Assembly: GCF_018350175.1 (NCBI RefSeq)
Contig: NC_058368.1
Span: 186,126,001 to 186,190,000, forward strand
Direction of reading: 5' to 3'
Length of the DNA stretch: 64,000 nucleotides
Source of the DNA: Felis catus
Lineage: Eukaryota
Shown here: one piece after another, positions 12,161-25,998 of the stretch
Layout: the number at the start of each line of letters is the position of its first letter
Numbering within the stretch: the stretch's first letter is position 1
Notes under the pieces: model-generated
Told to the model about the DNA's origin: nothing
Database searches by the model: none
What the model saw: only the letters and a program-made list of their open reading frames with translations
Translations under genes and position numbers: made by a program

Positions 12161-15100
12161 TGTTATATATCTTCTTTGTCTTTGGTAGAAGTTATTTGGG
12201 ATGTTCAGCTTAGAATTTAGTTACAAACATGATTGAACCAGTAACTTGTTCAGGTATTATAGTTCCTCAAAAGACTTAATATTTTAGCGAGATATTCTTT
12301 TCCTAAAAATAATATGTACTTTTCATATAGATAAAAATGTACAGAAGCATATAAAGTAAAACTAAGTTTCCCACCCCACTGCCAATAATTCTGCTTTCTA
12401 GAGATTTTTTTGCCATCAATTAATCTACAAGTGTGTGTGTGTGTACATTTACTTATTAATTTAAGTGGTATTCAACTCCACTTATTTTTACACAACTTAG
12501 TTAATATCACTTAAAAATATATCTTTGAGATTGTCTCACATCAATGTCATATAGATATGTTTTACTCTTTTAATGACTACGTATTCTTTAATTATAATAT
12601 TGTATCATAATTTATTTACTCAGTTGCATATTGGTGGACATTCAGAGTTTTATAATATTTTGTGATTATAAACTATGCTGCAAAAAATTCTTGTGTGTGT
12701 GTTTATATATATACTTAATGTATATATTAAGTGAGGTACAAATCACTTAATGTTGCAAAGTATACTTTACATTAAGTGATTTTTATACTGAAACTCTTAG
12801 AATCAATAAACCTGCAAAATGAAGAGGTTGAGAATGCAACTGTATAAACATTTTCACCAATATCCATGTTGTCATTCCTTGAAAATTAAATTAAGAATAA
12901 AATATTGCAATACTAAATATATTAGGCCTAAATGTACCATGTCTACTAGTTATTTATAAAGACAGCTGGGTGAAAAAAAGTGTTCTGCTTCTTGTTATTT
13001 TTATTTTCCCGGTTCTGTGATCTTGCACCAAGTTAGAGATAAGCAGTGATCAGTAGCACTGATTATATCTACACCTTTATATGAAAGGTGTATTTGATGA
13101 GATATGTACATATCATTGATATCTTTTACAGGTACCCAATTTTCAGGTATTAGAAGATAATGCTGAAGACTGATGATATTTTTCTTTGAACAATCAAAGA
13201 TAAGCAAATTGGAAGTTAAACAGCAATTTCTACTTCATTACATATGTATAAATAATATATGTGTTTTAACATAAATTGCCGATAGAGTATATTTTAACAT
13301 TATGTCTTTGCATGGGAAGTGCCGTTACCACAGAAGATAATATTTTTCTTGCCATACTGATTTAATACTGTATTCTGCCATCCCTCTTTTTTCACTTGAT
13401 ACTAAACATAGTTTATTTTAGATTATGTGATAATAATTCCTGAATTGTTTACATATTGTGCATTTGGAAATCTTTAAAGTGTTATTTTTCACTGTTCATA
13501 ATCCAGGCTTAAAAATATGAGTGATTTTTTTTTATTAAGGTGACCCTTTAGTGTGAATCTGCATAAATGCAGGCATGGTTAAATGTAATTAGATTTATTA
13601 CCAAGAAGGGTGTGTAAAAGCAAACAAACAAATGAACAGAAATACATTTAGCACTTCAAATATAGGATGGATATCCTGCCAATGTTGGTAGTATGTCATT
13701 CATTCTTCATGAGTACAGGTTATAGTACCAACATGCAAAAAGAATTTCATCAACTGTCTTAAAGTGGTATAGAGACCATGCTGATATTGAAGGTTGTATT
13801 TTATTTCATTTTTACCATTGTCTTTTAGAAGACATTTTTATGTACTGCCTTAAATGCAGTTAGTTACTTACACATTTTGAAAAAATATGAAATATATTAC
13901 AAATACTATTGTACTATTATACAAATAATTCAATAGTTACATGGCAGTTTTATGCGTCTTTGGTAAAGTGTGACTTTTACTTTAAGTTTAATATTTAATC
14001 CCAACCCTTCAACTGCTTTCTTCTTAAGTCTCTAGGAGAAAGCCACCACAAAGGGAGGACACTGTATGAATTTAGGAATTAATCTTAATCTTACTAAAGA
14101 TAATGACCATAATAATAACTCTTTATTCATTGCATATGCACCATGCACCAAGAATGGTGCTAAGTGTTTTTATGAATGATCCTCCGTCCACACAACAACA
14201 CAAAAGATATGGTAAGATTATTCCTTCAGTGAAAAATTGTGCTTTGAGCTATAAGGATTCATTAACTTAAAAAGATCCTGCTATTAATAAATGGCAGAGA
14301 CAGGCTTAAGCTCAGGTCTGTTTGGAGACTTGAATAGCTATAAATAGCAGAAATGTATCATGAGTATGATGGAGCTTTCGTTTATAACAAATTAAGAGAA
14401 TGTGAGCACAGAAGGACACATAAAGTTTCAACAGTGTTAGTAAGTGTTTCTGTCTTAAGCTATTAGGGGTTCTTCTTTTTTAAGATTCAAAATCTGACAT
14501 TATTTGATGTAAAAATGCCTCAGTCTAGAATAAGTAAGATTAGATACAAAATAAATTATATGTGTAATTGTATTTAATGATTTTTAACTATTTCCAATTC
14601 TTAATTAAATAAAATTAGAGACCAAGTAAAATGTATAGTATAGTGCTTTCAATCTAGCACGAGTGGGGAATAAGAGGTATATGAAATGTGACCCCATCAT
14701 TTTATTCCTGTTCTTTTGACCCAGAACCGTTTAAGACTCAGTTTATTAGAGAACAAGTTAACCAAGTTATACCAATATTGATGAATTTTTAACAAAAGGT
14801 GTTTTCTGATATTAACACAATTGAGCAAATGTAATTCTACAGGACAATTTAGGCATAATTGTTAAGAGGAATAGTTATTTTCTGATACATTTTACAGTGA
14901 AGATTTACCTAATTTACTGAATTTTTATTTATTTTGAATCTTGCTAACTATGATTCCTTTGGTTTTGTTTCTTTTCAGTTCTTTGTGTCATATATTCTAA
15001 AAAATTAAATTGATAGGACAATCATCTGATAAGGAAGCAAGCCACAGAAAAGCCATGTTTTCAGATGTAAGTTTTGTCAGTAAGAATCAATTCTTGTACC

Positions 15101-16551
15101 AATTTTAGACAATAAAAATTTTACCAAATAATTTTGCACACCAAGTTTTAGTCCCTATTGATTGTTTCTACAAAGTTAATTTTTGCTGTTAGTGTAACTT
15201 CTAAATGGTATTGAAATTTGCTCATTTGTATCAAATTTGAACTGCCTGCAGTGCTAGCTGCTCTTTATTTTATTTTAGGTTGGTAGTCTTATGTAGTTAT
15301 ATGGCTTTTGAACTGAGTAAAAGATTTATGATTTGGATTTTATTTCTTAGCCAATTTATAAATTTTTGAGCAAATTATCGCACTATTTCAGTACTGAGCT
15401 TTGATTTAAGATGGACAGGTATTATAACTGTGATAGTTTTTAAAATACATTTCTGACCACTTTGAATTCCATACTTGACATGTCCATGCTATTTTCAGAA
15501 CAAAAAGCAAACGAATGATGAGATGAAAATGCCTTCCCAGTAAACAATGTCTTTATGACTGAATTAGTGTAGATAGAAAGGCAAAGTCAAAACCTGGCTT
15601 TACCAGAAAAATGCATGCATAAGTGTTCAAAATGATCTTGGTCTGAATGGTGAGAGTATAAAATTTTATATTCTTCCTTTTGATAGTCTGCTTTCTACAT
15701 TTTCTGCAATAAACATGCATTACATTTTTCAAATAAGAAAAGGAAATAAAGCAAAAGAAAGCAATCAAGCAGAGACAAATGATATTGGACTTAGAATAAG
15801 TCTTTTGGGTGTTTTAGAATCAATACATCATAATTGCAAAGGCAAATTCAAGTTTTGAAGGAATCAGTAGCTACAGTATGCAAAGTCCCTAGAGATGGAC
15901 CATCTCAGAGGCTGGAAGCTCAGGTAGGGAGGCTATCAGGATATTGTGGATGAGGAATGATGACTTCTTGAACTGAACAGGCATAGGGATGGTGGAAAGT
16001 TAGCAGACCAACAGGTGGAACAGTTGAAAGACTTAGCCCAGCAGAAATAAGGAATAAGAAATGTCCAAATGGAACAGGTTTCACCCTGATGTTCTCAACT
16101 GTCTTTCAATGTCAAAAAATAAACAAATAAAACAAACAAAAAATAAAAAGAAATAAATGGTCCTCTGTCAAAAATTCTGCAGAAAACAATTCATAGTGTC
16201 TCTAGATATTTGCCTTTGTATTGGAACAACTGAATTTCTCTAGAGAAAAATTTTCCAGTATGCTACCTGGGGTAGGCTGGAGGTAGAGGTTGAATTTTAA
16301 TTTCTTATTTATCACTCTGAACCACATTCTTAGGAAGGTGTTAGGGTCTATGATTTATTTTAAAAGGTATGTAATGATACGTAAGAGAAGTGTTGTGGAA
16401 AAAGTGCTGACTTTGAACAAGAAGCCCTGAATTCCATCCTGATCCTATTCACTACTTGTGTAGCTGGGAAATGTGAGGCCATAATTGTGCTGAAAGTTGC
16501 GAAAAAGAAGGAGGGGAAATGATTATAACAGATTGGTTTCAGGCTGACTTT

Positions 16552-16749
16552 AAGTATTTTCTTAATATTTATTTATTATTTTTGAGGGGGGGGGAGGGGC
16601 AGAGAGAGAAGGAGACACAGAATCCGAAGCAGGCTCCAGGCTCTGAGCTGTTTGCACAGAGCCTGACACGGGGCTCGAACTCATGAACCACGAGATCATG
16701 ACCTGAGCGGAAGTCAGCCACTTAACTGACTGAGCCACCCAGGCACCCC
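16552..16749 (-). mobile_element. Can-SINE (felid type)
   Basis: Full body; TSD tcaggctgacttt / tcagactgacttt. Confidence 0.93.
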
Positions 16750-16918
16750 TCAGACTGACTTTTAGTTTTAAATGTCTGTGTTTCCTTCCTCTTTAACATA
16801 TAGTAATGTGCCTAAATGAAAAACTTGAATGCAAATTACATACCCATCAATAAACAAAAGGCTACATAATTTAAACTAACATTTATTTAGTAACTACTCA
16901 TTATATACTGGTTTTCTA

Positions 16919-17236
16919 TGCGTCTTAGTCTGTGTAGGGTGCTATAACAAAATACTATGGACAGGATGGTTTAACCAACAGATGTTTATTTCTCATAGTT
17001 CTGAATGCTGGGAAGTCCAAGATCAGGGTGCCAGCACTGTAGGAATCTGGATGAAGGCCCTGTTCCTGGACTGTAGACAGTTATCTTTTCTCTGTGTCTT
17101 CAGGTAGTAGAGAGAGAGAGACATCAGGCTCTGGTCTCTTCCTAATCTTATTCAGAGGACCCTGCTTTCATGATGTCATCTAAACCTAACTATCTCTCAA
17201 AGGCCTCACCTCCAAATACAATAATATCGGGGGGTA
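16919..17236 (-). mobile_element. MaLR MLT1A/B-like solo LTR
   Basis: tcttagtctg...gctataacaaaatac...tttatttctcatagttctg...gggaagtccaagatcagggtgccagca...ctcacctccaaatac. Confidence 0.8.
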
Positions 17237-17239
17237 AGG

Positions 17240-17475
17240 AGTGAGGTAGAAAGAGAGAGAGTCCTCCACACTCAGTGTGGAGCCTGATGTGGGGTTCCAT
17301 CCCACGACCCTGGGATATTGACCTGAGCCAAAATCAAGAGTCTGATGCTCAACCAATTGAGCCACCCAGCTGCCCCAAGACTAAGAACTTTTAATATCTT
17401 CCTTTAAAAGATTAGGAAATTTTTTCTTGAGAGAGAGAAGGAGAGTGGGAGTGGGAGAGAGGGACAGAGAGAGAT

Positions 17476-17528
<53 letters not shown>

Positions 17529-17650
17529 CCCAAGCTGGCTCCACACTCAGCACAAAGCCTAACACCAGGCTCCATCCCACGACCCTGGGATCATGACCTG
17601 AGCTGAAATCAAGAGTCAGACGCTCAACCGACAGAGCCACTCAGCCACCC
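17240..17650 (-). mobile_element. Two tandem older Can-SINEs (~17240-17376 and ~17420-17650), the second with an expanded (GA)n tract
   Basis: Both carry ccatcccacgaccctgggat...gacctgag...aaatcaagagtc. Confidence 0.9.
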
Positions 17651-17743
17651 GAGAAAATGAGGAAACTAAGTAGTAATTCCCCATAGGTCACCCAGTTAGG
17701 AAAATAGGTATTCAAAAATACAAATTATAAAACTCACATTCTT

Positions 17744-17967
17744 TTTTTTTTTAATTTTTTTTTTCAACGTTTATTTATTTTTGGGACAGAGAGAGACAGA
17801 GCATGAACGGGGGAGGGGCAGAGAGAGAGGGAGACACAGAATCGGAAACAGGCTCCAGGCTCTGAGCCATCAGCCCAGAGCCTGACGCCGGGCTCAAACT
17901 CACGGACCGCGAGATCGTGACCTGGCTGAAGTCGGACGCTTAACCGACTGCGCCACCCAGGCGCCCC
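17744..17967 (-). mobile_element. Very young felid Can-SINE (SINEC_Fc-like)
   Basis: CpG-rich, near-identical to the 9113 copy; perfect TSD ATAAAACTCACATTCTT at 17727-17743 and 17968-17984. Confidence 0.97.
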
Positions 17968-19379
17968 ATAAAACTCACATTCTTAACCACCGTGTTTTAC
18001 AATTGTGATTGATTATATGTTGTAGCTACTCAGAAAAACAAGTTAAATCTGTATATTCACATTAGGGTTGTACCCTTTTATTCAATTTAGCAATAGGTTA
18101 ATTTCAGGCACTGGACTGTTCCTAGATGGAGTATGTCATGACAATAAAATCTAATCTAAGATCCTAGGCTTTGTGGCTTTTCTGAGATACTCATATAAAT
18201 TTTTAGCAATAAACTTTTCCAAAAGCAATATTTGTTATATGAGAACACAGAGCTCAAAAATTATAAATATCGCCCTCTAATACCATCATTTAGGGAAAAA
18301 AAATCACTGTACTTAATTGTGTGTTAAAAAATAAAGAAAATGATATCTTAGTAACTAAAAAGCATTTAATCTGTTTTATTTTAGGAAATATCAACAAACA
18401 TATTTTTTATTTTAAATCTATTTGGTAAATATTTGTCCTTGTTTCTTGCTGCATCCATTGCTTATTTCAGTGATGGATCTAAGTACTCTGAACCTCAGCT
18501 TCATGAGAGTCTGTATGAGAAAAGCCTTTTATTATGAACTAATATTTTATTAGTTTCGTTCTATTCTTTCTCTTTCCTACCTTCTTTTCGCTCACTGTCT
18601 CTCTCTGTCTCTTTCCCAAAGAACAACTTTTAATCTTATTTTATTAATTCCCAGATCATTCAGTCTGACAACTCAATCTTCCTCTAAGAAAAGTGTTGTC
18701 ATTTCATAATTTATCTACTGATTTCTGGAAAATGTTCAGAAATATGTAGAATATTTAGAATGTAAATTTATATCTGGTAAAACTACAAGCATATGTGTAC
18801 ATGGATGGAAAGTGAGTCTGTAAATGTGAACTATGCTAACAAGTCTTGTTACTTTACAGGTGGAACTATAAACATGAGTGTTGCTGGGGCTGGCCGACAC
18901 AAGCAAATGAATTAGCTCCACTGTAAGAAAAACTGTAAAGTTTATATGCTTATCCTTTGTATTCTTACTTTTTATAAAGACATGAAGAATTACGATTTTA
19001 AGATAAAACTCCAGTATATTGAACCATTGAAATAAAATAACATAAACATCTGTGACTCAACACATGGCTTACAAAATGTGACATTATCCAATTGGCTTCA
19101 AAGATATTTCAAAGAAAAAAGCAAAAATAAATGTTGAAAGAATTAAAATTCCCTGCATAACTTTCCCAGATCAAACCAGGCATTGTTCTAAGGCTTTAGT
19201 ATATTACATATATTAACTGATCTAATGCTAATGTTTTTATGAAGTAGATTTATTCATTATCCTCACTTTACAAATAAGGAATCAAAAGTTTATAATAATT
19301 AGGTAAGAAGGGTTTGAACCCGGGCTATCTGACTGCAAGTGTCATTGTGCACACACCTCACTGGGGTCAACATAGCCTA

Positions 19380-20470
19380 AATCTGCCAGATACTGTCAAC
19401 AGCCTGTTGTATCAGTTGACACTCCCACATCCTATGTATGAGATTTCATGATTCTCCACATCCTTGTCCACAGTTGGTATTTTTAGACGCTTTAATTTTT
19501 GCAAATTTGATTATGGCATATTATTGCATTTCCCCTAAATCCCAGTAAAGTTGAATATCTTTTCATATGCATATTCGCTATATAATGTTTCGCTAGATTT
19601 TTCATTTTTACATTTTAATTAACTATATTAAGGTATAGCTTAAAAACAACAGCAGTATGTGGTCTCAACAAATTGTGAAATAATTTGCCTATTTAATCTC
19701 AATGAAGCTTATTTTTTATCAATCTCTCATTGGCTTGGACCCAGGCAAATACTAACCTGCTTTCTGTCACTCTTAATTAGATTTTATTTTCTAGAATTGT
19801 ATGTAAATGAAATCACATGGTACTCAGTCTCTTCTGTCTGGCTTTTTTCACTCAGCATATTTTTGACTTTAATTCATGATGTTATGTACATTAGTACTTT
19901 GTTCCATTTACTTATAAATAACGCTGTATTGAATAAATATATTACAACTATTCGTCCTCTCGTTGAAAGACACTTGATTTTTTTCTCTTTTTTATGCTTA
20001 CAAATAAAGCTTCTATAAATATCATGTACAAGTCTTTACGTGGACATGTTTTCATTTCTCTTGGGCAAATACCTAGGAGGGCAATTGCTAGGTCATATGG
20101 TGAGTCCACATTCTTCAATATTTTTATTATTTTTTAAAAAACATTTTAAAATTTATTTATTTATTTTGAGAGAGAGGGACAGATATATAGAGAGAATGTG
20201 AGTGAAGGAGGGGCAGAGAGACAGGGAGAAAGAGAATCCCAAGCAGGTCTCACACTGTCAGTGGAGAGCTTGATGTTGGACTTGATCTCACGAGCTTTGA
20301 GAGCATGACCTGAGCTGAAACAGAGTCGGCGCTTAACTGACTGAGCCACTCAGGCTCCCTATCCAACATTTTTAAATTTAGCCACTTTGGTGGGTGTGTA
20401 ATGGTTGGTGTTTGTTGTGGTCTTAATATGCATTTCCCTGATGATTAATGATGTTAAGCATCATTTCAAC
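19380..20470 (-). mobile_element. Old L1M fragments interrupted by a Can-SINE (minus strand, ~20120-20359)
   Basis: ttttcatttctcttgggcaaatacctagg...attgctaggtcatatgg; tgcatttccctgatgattaatgatgtt; SINE body at 20150-20359. Confidence 0.8.
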
Positions 20471-22699
20471 TCAGTGAGACCACCATGCTAACTCCACCTG
20501 CATCACCCATGCTGAGACATTAGGATATTGCACCTAGACCAAAATCTGGGATGATCATTTGCTTCTCTTTTCTCTGTGATCATAGTCCTTTTTGTCTGGG
20601 CTACAATGTCTGAATACTGTGGGGTTTTGTGCTATCCCAGTTTTCCAATTGTTTGCAATGAGAAGGTAACTTTCATCTCAGTTACTCCATTATAGCCAGA
20701 AGCTGACTATGGTTCTTTTACAAAATAAATTAAAAAATATTATTTGTAAACAATTAGGAGTTCATTGAACTTAGTTTTGCTAATGAAAGTAAGTTGAATT
20801 AAATATATGGAGTTTAGGAGTTTATGTTTGTTCATTCCTTGTATTGTATACTTTCCTTCTGGATTCTGGATTACAATGATTAATCACTACTTTAGTAAAG
20901 TTAATTTGGTGGTAAACTCCCACATTCTTTATAAGTCTGAATGTCTTTAATTTTTCTCTCACTTCAAAATGATAATTTAGGTACACACTAAATTCTAGTC
21001 TGTCAGTATTTTTTTCAGCCTTTTGCAGGGAATAATAGTTTCCTGACTTCTTGTATTTATTTCTGCTGATACCTGTCTTATCTTTTTCTTAGGTTTTAAT
21101 CATTTTGTTAGCCCCAATACTCAGTAGATTGAGAGCAGAGCACAGAATGGTAGCTTTTTATAATATATTATAACATATAGCTCAATAATAAAAAAAAGAG
21201 AAGAGGAGAGACTAAGAGAGGAAGAAAAGGAGAGGTTTACTGGCAGACTGATCAATGAGATTCTTTTAAATTTGAAGTGTTCATTTGAATTGCAACAGTG
21301 TGCCCAAACTGCCCTTACAATCATATTCCCTTAATCAAGAGTAAGCCTCAGTTGTGAGAACAGATCATTTTTTCCCCTTTGAGGTCAACTTGTTACAGAT
21401 GGAACCGCATGGCACTGTGTTTATACTGAAATGGGTTTTTGAGCTGTGCAAGAGCAGAGGTGGTAATACATGGAATGATTACATTTAATTTATATTTCAA
21501 TTCTAACTCTCTTGAGCCTTGGTTCTGCTTTCTCATTTTCCTCTTTTTGTGACAGTGGTGCATAGAGTGATGACTATAGATTTTCATCAGTAACTCCCAA
21601 ATCCCTACCGGAGTCAGTTTGCTACAGCAACTTCTGTCTAGAACGGCTTCCTATTGTTTTGTTTTGGAACTTTGGTGATTTTCTTTTTCCCTTGCTCATC
21701 TCTCTCTGTTCGAGAAACAAAATTATCTGCAATTTGGGATGCCATTATACCAATTTAACAAGTAAAATTATTTAATGAATTCATATAAGATTATATCAAA
21801 ACATTAACATCCATATCTCCCAATTAATTGCTGTTAAATTCCATGTGCAGAGTCTGTTATTTCTGTTTTCTTAGAAATGGGTAAAGAATGTTGCTGTGTT
21901 TGTTATAGTTGTGGAAGAGAGAAAAGCTGAAATTAGAGCTTTTTAAAAGCCATCACCATTAACGAATCTAAATTTCTAGGATATTTATCACAATTAGTCT
22001 TACATGTCCTCTTACTACGGCTTTCTACTTTCTTGCATTATAAGCAATGCCTGCAGGTTAGGAACACTATTTTTTCCTATATGTTCCTTTTTCTTCCCAG
22101 ATAAGATTCTCATTCAAATGAGATGATTGCATTCTCCCCATGAACAAGTGTGTATTTACTTATCATTAGGCAGCAAAACTATAAAATAGTGGGATTAAAA
22201 ATAATTATTGTAAGTGATGTGAGAAATAAAGAATATGTTGGAAAAATGTAGATATTGTGATGCATAGAATGTGTACAAATGCACTAATTTACTAAGGACC
22301 TCCTAAGCCACAGAGTTCTGCGTTGAAGTTGCATCAGTAGATATTTTCTAAGCTCCTGCTTTGTTCTTGGAAATATGCTAGCTGCTGATATATATTATAT
22401 CCTCTCGCCCTTTTCGTTCTACAGGATTAATGTCTCTTAAACTAAATTTCTTCTCTCTGTCCTTCCCACCTGTTTCTTTGTACAAATATCCATACATCAT
22501 CTCATACCCAGGTGCCTGCAGCCCCCAGGATGGTCAACCCCTACTCCATTCTTCTTTATGCTTGTCCTTGAATACAGTCCTGCTCATATTATTCTCCTGT
22601 ATTAACTCTTCAGTGTCACCCCCTTGTCCTCAGTTTAGCATTCATACTTGATACAGTGTGCATCCTAGTATAGAAGGCATCTCTTGAGTTTGTTGCCTT

Positions 22700-23122
22700 T
22701 TATCCATTACAGCTCCTTTTGCCAGCATGGTGCCACCCAACCATGCATACTTGTTTTGGAAGACACCACCTCCCACTGCACAGTATTCTGTTAGAACTGC
22801 CAACTAAAGTGTCTCTTTAAGGAGTAAGTACATGACCCAGGCTAGACCAATCAAAATCTCCCAAGAACTGAATTCACAGTTGAGTGCATGAAAGGACCTG
22901 AGGCGGTTGGAGCTGAGTTAATGCAGTGGCTGTGCCTTAAAGAAAATTCCATGAGTTCCTGCCACTGAGTTCCCTGGGAATCTCTTAATTCCTGTACTTC
23001 TTGAGATCTAGCTAAACAGCTCCTCCAACAATTATGTGATTTAACCAGTTCAATGAGTTCCCTTACTTTCTAAAAAGTTATCCACTGTTGGTTTTGATTG
23101 CTTTCAAGAGCATTTATTAATA
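22700..23122 (+). mobile_element. Degenerate MLT1 (J/K/L-like) LTR
   Basis: catgacccaggctagaccaatca motif and an MLT1-like 3' end (gttggttttgattgcttt...aagagc). Confidence 0.45.
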
Positions 23123-23628
23123 GACCCTTCATAGACCTTCAACCCCATCTCTTACAATGTTCCACCTTGCATCTGAAACTTATTCCCATTTTCCCATTGT
23201 TTTTACAAAGTGCTCCAGTTGTTTTTCATCGGACTCTAGATAGTTGCTCCCCAGGCCTTTTTTTTTTGTGGAAACTCAATTCCTCTTATCTGTACTTATC
23301 TAATTCCTACATATCCTCTGGAACTCAACTTGCATTTTGTCTGGCAAGACTTCTTTTATATCCTAGATGTTTCTACTCTATGCTTCTGGAACCCATTTAT
23401 TATGCTTTTCAGTTGTTGATCATCTGCTGTGAAAGAAGAAGTTTCCAATAAGTGGAGAATCTGTGTCTATCTTCTTCATATTTTATTCATAGTGCCTAGA
23501 TGAGTGTGTAGTACATAAAAACAAATTAGTAAATATTTGTTGAATAATGAGTGAATGGATGAACATAAGAAAAACTTATCATGCTTCTAACTGAATATAA
23601 TCAAGGTCCAGGCAGCAAGTTTTCTGAC

Positions 23629-23630
<2 letters not shown>

Positions 23631-23670
<40 letters not shown>
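23631..23670. repeat. (GA)20 microsatellite
   Basis: Perfect dinucleotide run. Confidence 0.95.
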
Positions 23671-23673
<3 letters not shown>

Positions 23674-24625
23674 TCTGTACTAGGTCAGGTTCCTGGGGAA
23701 GGATGTGAGAAGGACATGGGGAGAACATTGTGGCCCTAGCTTTGTGACCCTGCATTGAAAATGATGCTTGTGAAATCTACAGCTTTCTGTAAGGTAGCAT
23801 TTCAGCGCAATGTAGATATGTTGACAGATAAGTTTTATCTCACATATCAGTCTGGTTTTTAGTGGGATAATGAGGCCTCATCTAGTCTTGCTTGTCATGA
23901 ATGAGTACGGTGATTGATTAGCAATATCTGCCTTGGGAAGAGGAATGAGAAAGTTTGAACAGGAGTGATAGGTATTTTCCCTTCATAGGCTGGTATAATC
24001 CATTATTCTCTACTTGCCCTTTAGAATTAAATGGTTCCAGGAATTTCTCAGGGAGATGTAGAAAATGTCAGTTTGAGGAATCTATTGAGGGCTCATATAA
24101 AATTATAGAAACATAAAATTGTTAAGATGTCTCAAATGTATATATTCACATTACAGATTTGGAAGTTAATGGGTAGAGAGAAGAGGGCTTGCCCAAGAAT
24201 GCCTACCCACTGATTAGCAAAAAACTTATTTTTTTCTATTTTCTGGTTTGGAGCTTTCAGTTTACATAATTGAATTTAAGAGTTGTTTGTTATCAAAGAC
24301 TCCGGATTAATAAAAGTAATTTATTAGTTGTGATGAGTTCCCCAATTTACTTTAGTGCCTCCATTTTTAAGTAAAATGGAGTTAATGGTTGAATCACATC
24401 ATGCTGTATGCAAAGTTGTTAGCCAATACTTGTCCCATAGTAAGAAATTAAGTGTGATCTGATATTTCTATTGTGATATTTTAGTTCAAACATAACATTT
24501 AAATGACTCAACTTCCAAATTTCTTAAAGAAACTTTGTGTCAGTTTTCAAGCTTTGATAAAATTAGCTGTTTAAGGGAGTAGGGTGCCTTGCCATAAAGG
24601 TCTACCCATTCCATTGTGACTTCTT

Positions 24626-24832
24626 TTTTTAAGTTTATTTACTTATTTTGAGACAGAAGGAGTGAGCTAATGGGGGAGAGAGAGAGAGAGAGGGAGAGGG
24701 AGAATCTCAATCAGACTCCAGGCTGTCAGCATGGATACTGATGCAGGGCTCAATCTCAGGAACCGTGAGATCATGACCTGAGCTGAAATTAAGAGTCAGA
24801 CGTTTAACAGACTGAGCCACCTAGTGCTCCCC
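24626..24832 (-). mobile_element. Can-SINE (older)
   Basis: Full body; flanking repeat cattgtgacttctt at 24612-24625 and 24838-24851. Confidence 0.92.
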
Positions 24833-25428
24833 ACCATCATTGTGACTTCTTTATATGACCTTTTCCTCTACTTCATACAGTATAGGGATGAAGACAGTCT
24901 AGAGAATTGTGGGCAGGACATGGATCATGGAAGAAAGTGGAGAGGAGAACTGGGTGATAGAGGTCTAGAGAAGAAGGAAACATGGAAGAGAAACCAAAGA
25001 CTCATGCATGATCTTTTAAGCAAGGTTGTCTATAATTCCATCTCTTTTGCAATCTGGTGTTATAGTTTCAAGGTTAAGTTCTTCTTTTTTCAAAATAAAT
25101 TTTATGAATTATTATATTTTATTTACACAAGCAGAGGTGGTGACAGCATCAGGCACGGCTGTGGAACTGTGCCCAACACTCTTAACTCAAAGTTATTACC
25201 ATTAATAAAATAATCAGTGATCAGCAGAGCTAGCAAACACAGAGTCTTTGTTGTATGCTAGCCCCTAAGCTAATTGCTTACACACAATACCTCAGTTAAT
25301 CACCAATAGTAACTCTATGAGAATTGTCCCCATCTTATGGATAAGGAAAATGAGGTTTACAGCAGTAGGTGTCCAGAGTTAACAACGGTAAGAGCTAAGT
25401 ACAAAAATACAAAACCTCAGTATTTCTA

Positions 25429-25639
25429 TTGTTTTTAATGTTTATTTACTTTTCAGAGAGAGAGACAGAACACAAGTAGGGGAGGGATAGAGATAGACAG
25501 GGAGACACAGAATTTGAAGCAGGCTCCAGGCTCTGAGCTGTCAGCACAGAGCCTGACAAGGGGCTTGAATCCAGGAGACCTGAGATCATGACCTGAGCTG
25601 AAGTTGGACATTTAGCTGACTGAGCCACCCAGGCTCCCC
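25429..25639 (-). mobile_element. Can-SINE (felid type)
   Basis: Perfect TSD AAAACCTCAGTATTTCTA at 25411-25428 and 25640-25657. Confidence 0.95.
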
Positions 25640-25795
25640 AAAACCTCAGTATTTCTAAAGTCCATGCCTTTAGCTGTTATAGCAAACTAAATGAAATACT
25701 CACCTCCCTCCTCTTTCTCTTTGTGATTTTCACGCAGGAGGTAACATCCTCCACCATCTGCACTTGCGTTAGTGTGAATAAAAGGCAGAGCCTTG

Positions 25796-25953
25796 CGGGA
25801 CATCTGGGTAGCTCAGTCTATTGAGGGACCAACTCGATTTCAGCTCGGGTCATGACCTCAGGGTTGTGGGATCCAGCCCGCATTGGGATCCACACTGAGC
25901 ATGGAGCCTGCTTAAAATTCTCTCTCTCCCTTTGCCCCTCTCCCCTGCTTGTG

Positions 25954-25984
<31 letters not shown>

Positions 25985-25998
25985 TAATTAAAAAAAAA
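25796..25998 (+). mobile_element. Can-SINE (older)
   Basis: ctgggtagctcagtc head, tcagctcgggtcatgacctc, CT tract, A tail. Confidence 0.88.

Noticed and set aside
19659..25213. Longer intergenic ORFs (119, 117 and 129 aa)
   Set aside because: They lie in or start from old L1/L2/SINE sequence, have no recognisable domains and no supporting exon structure
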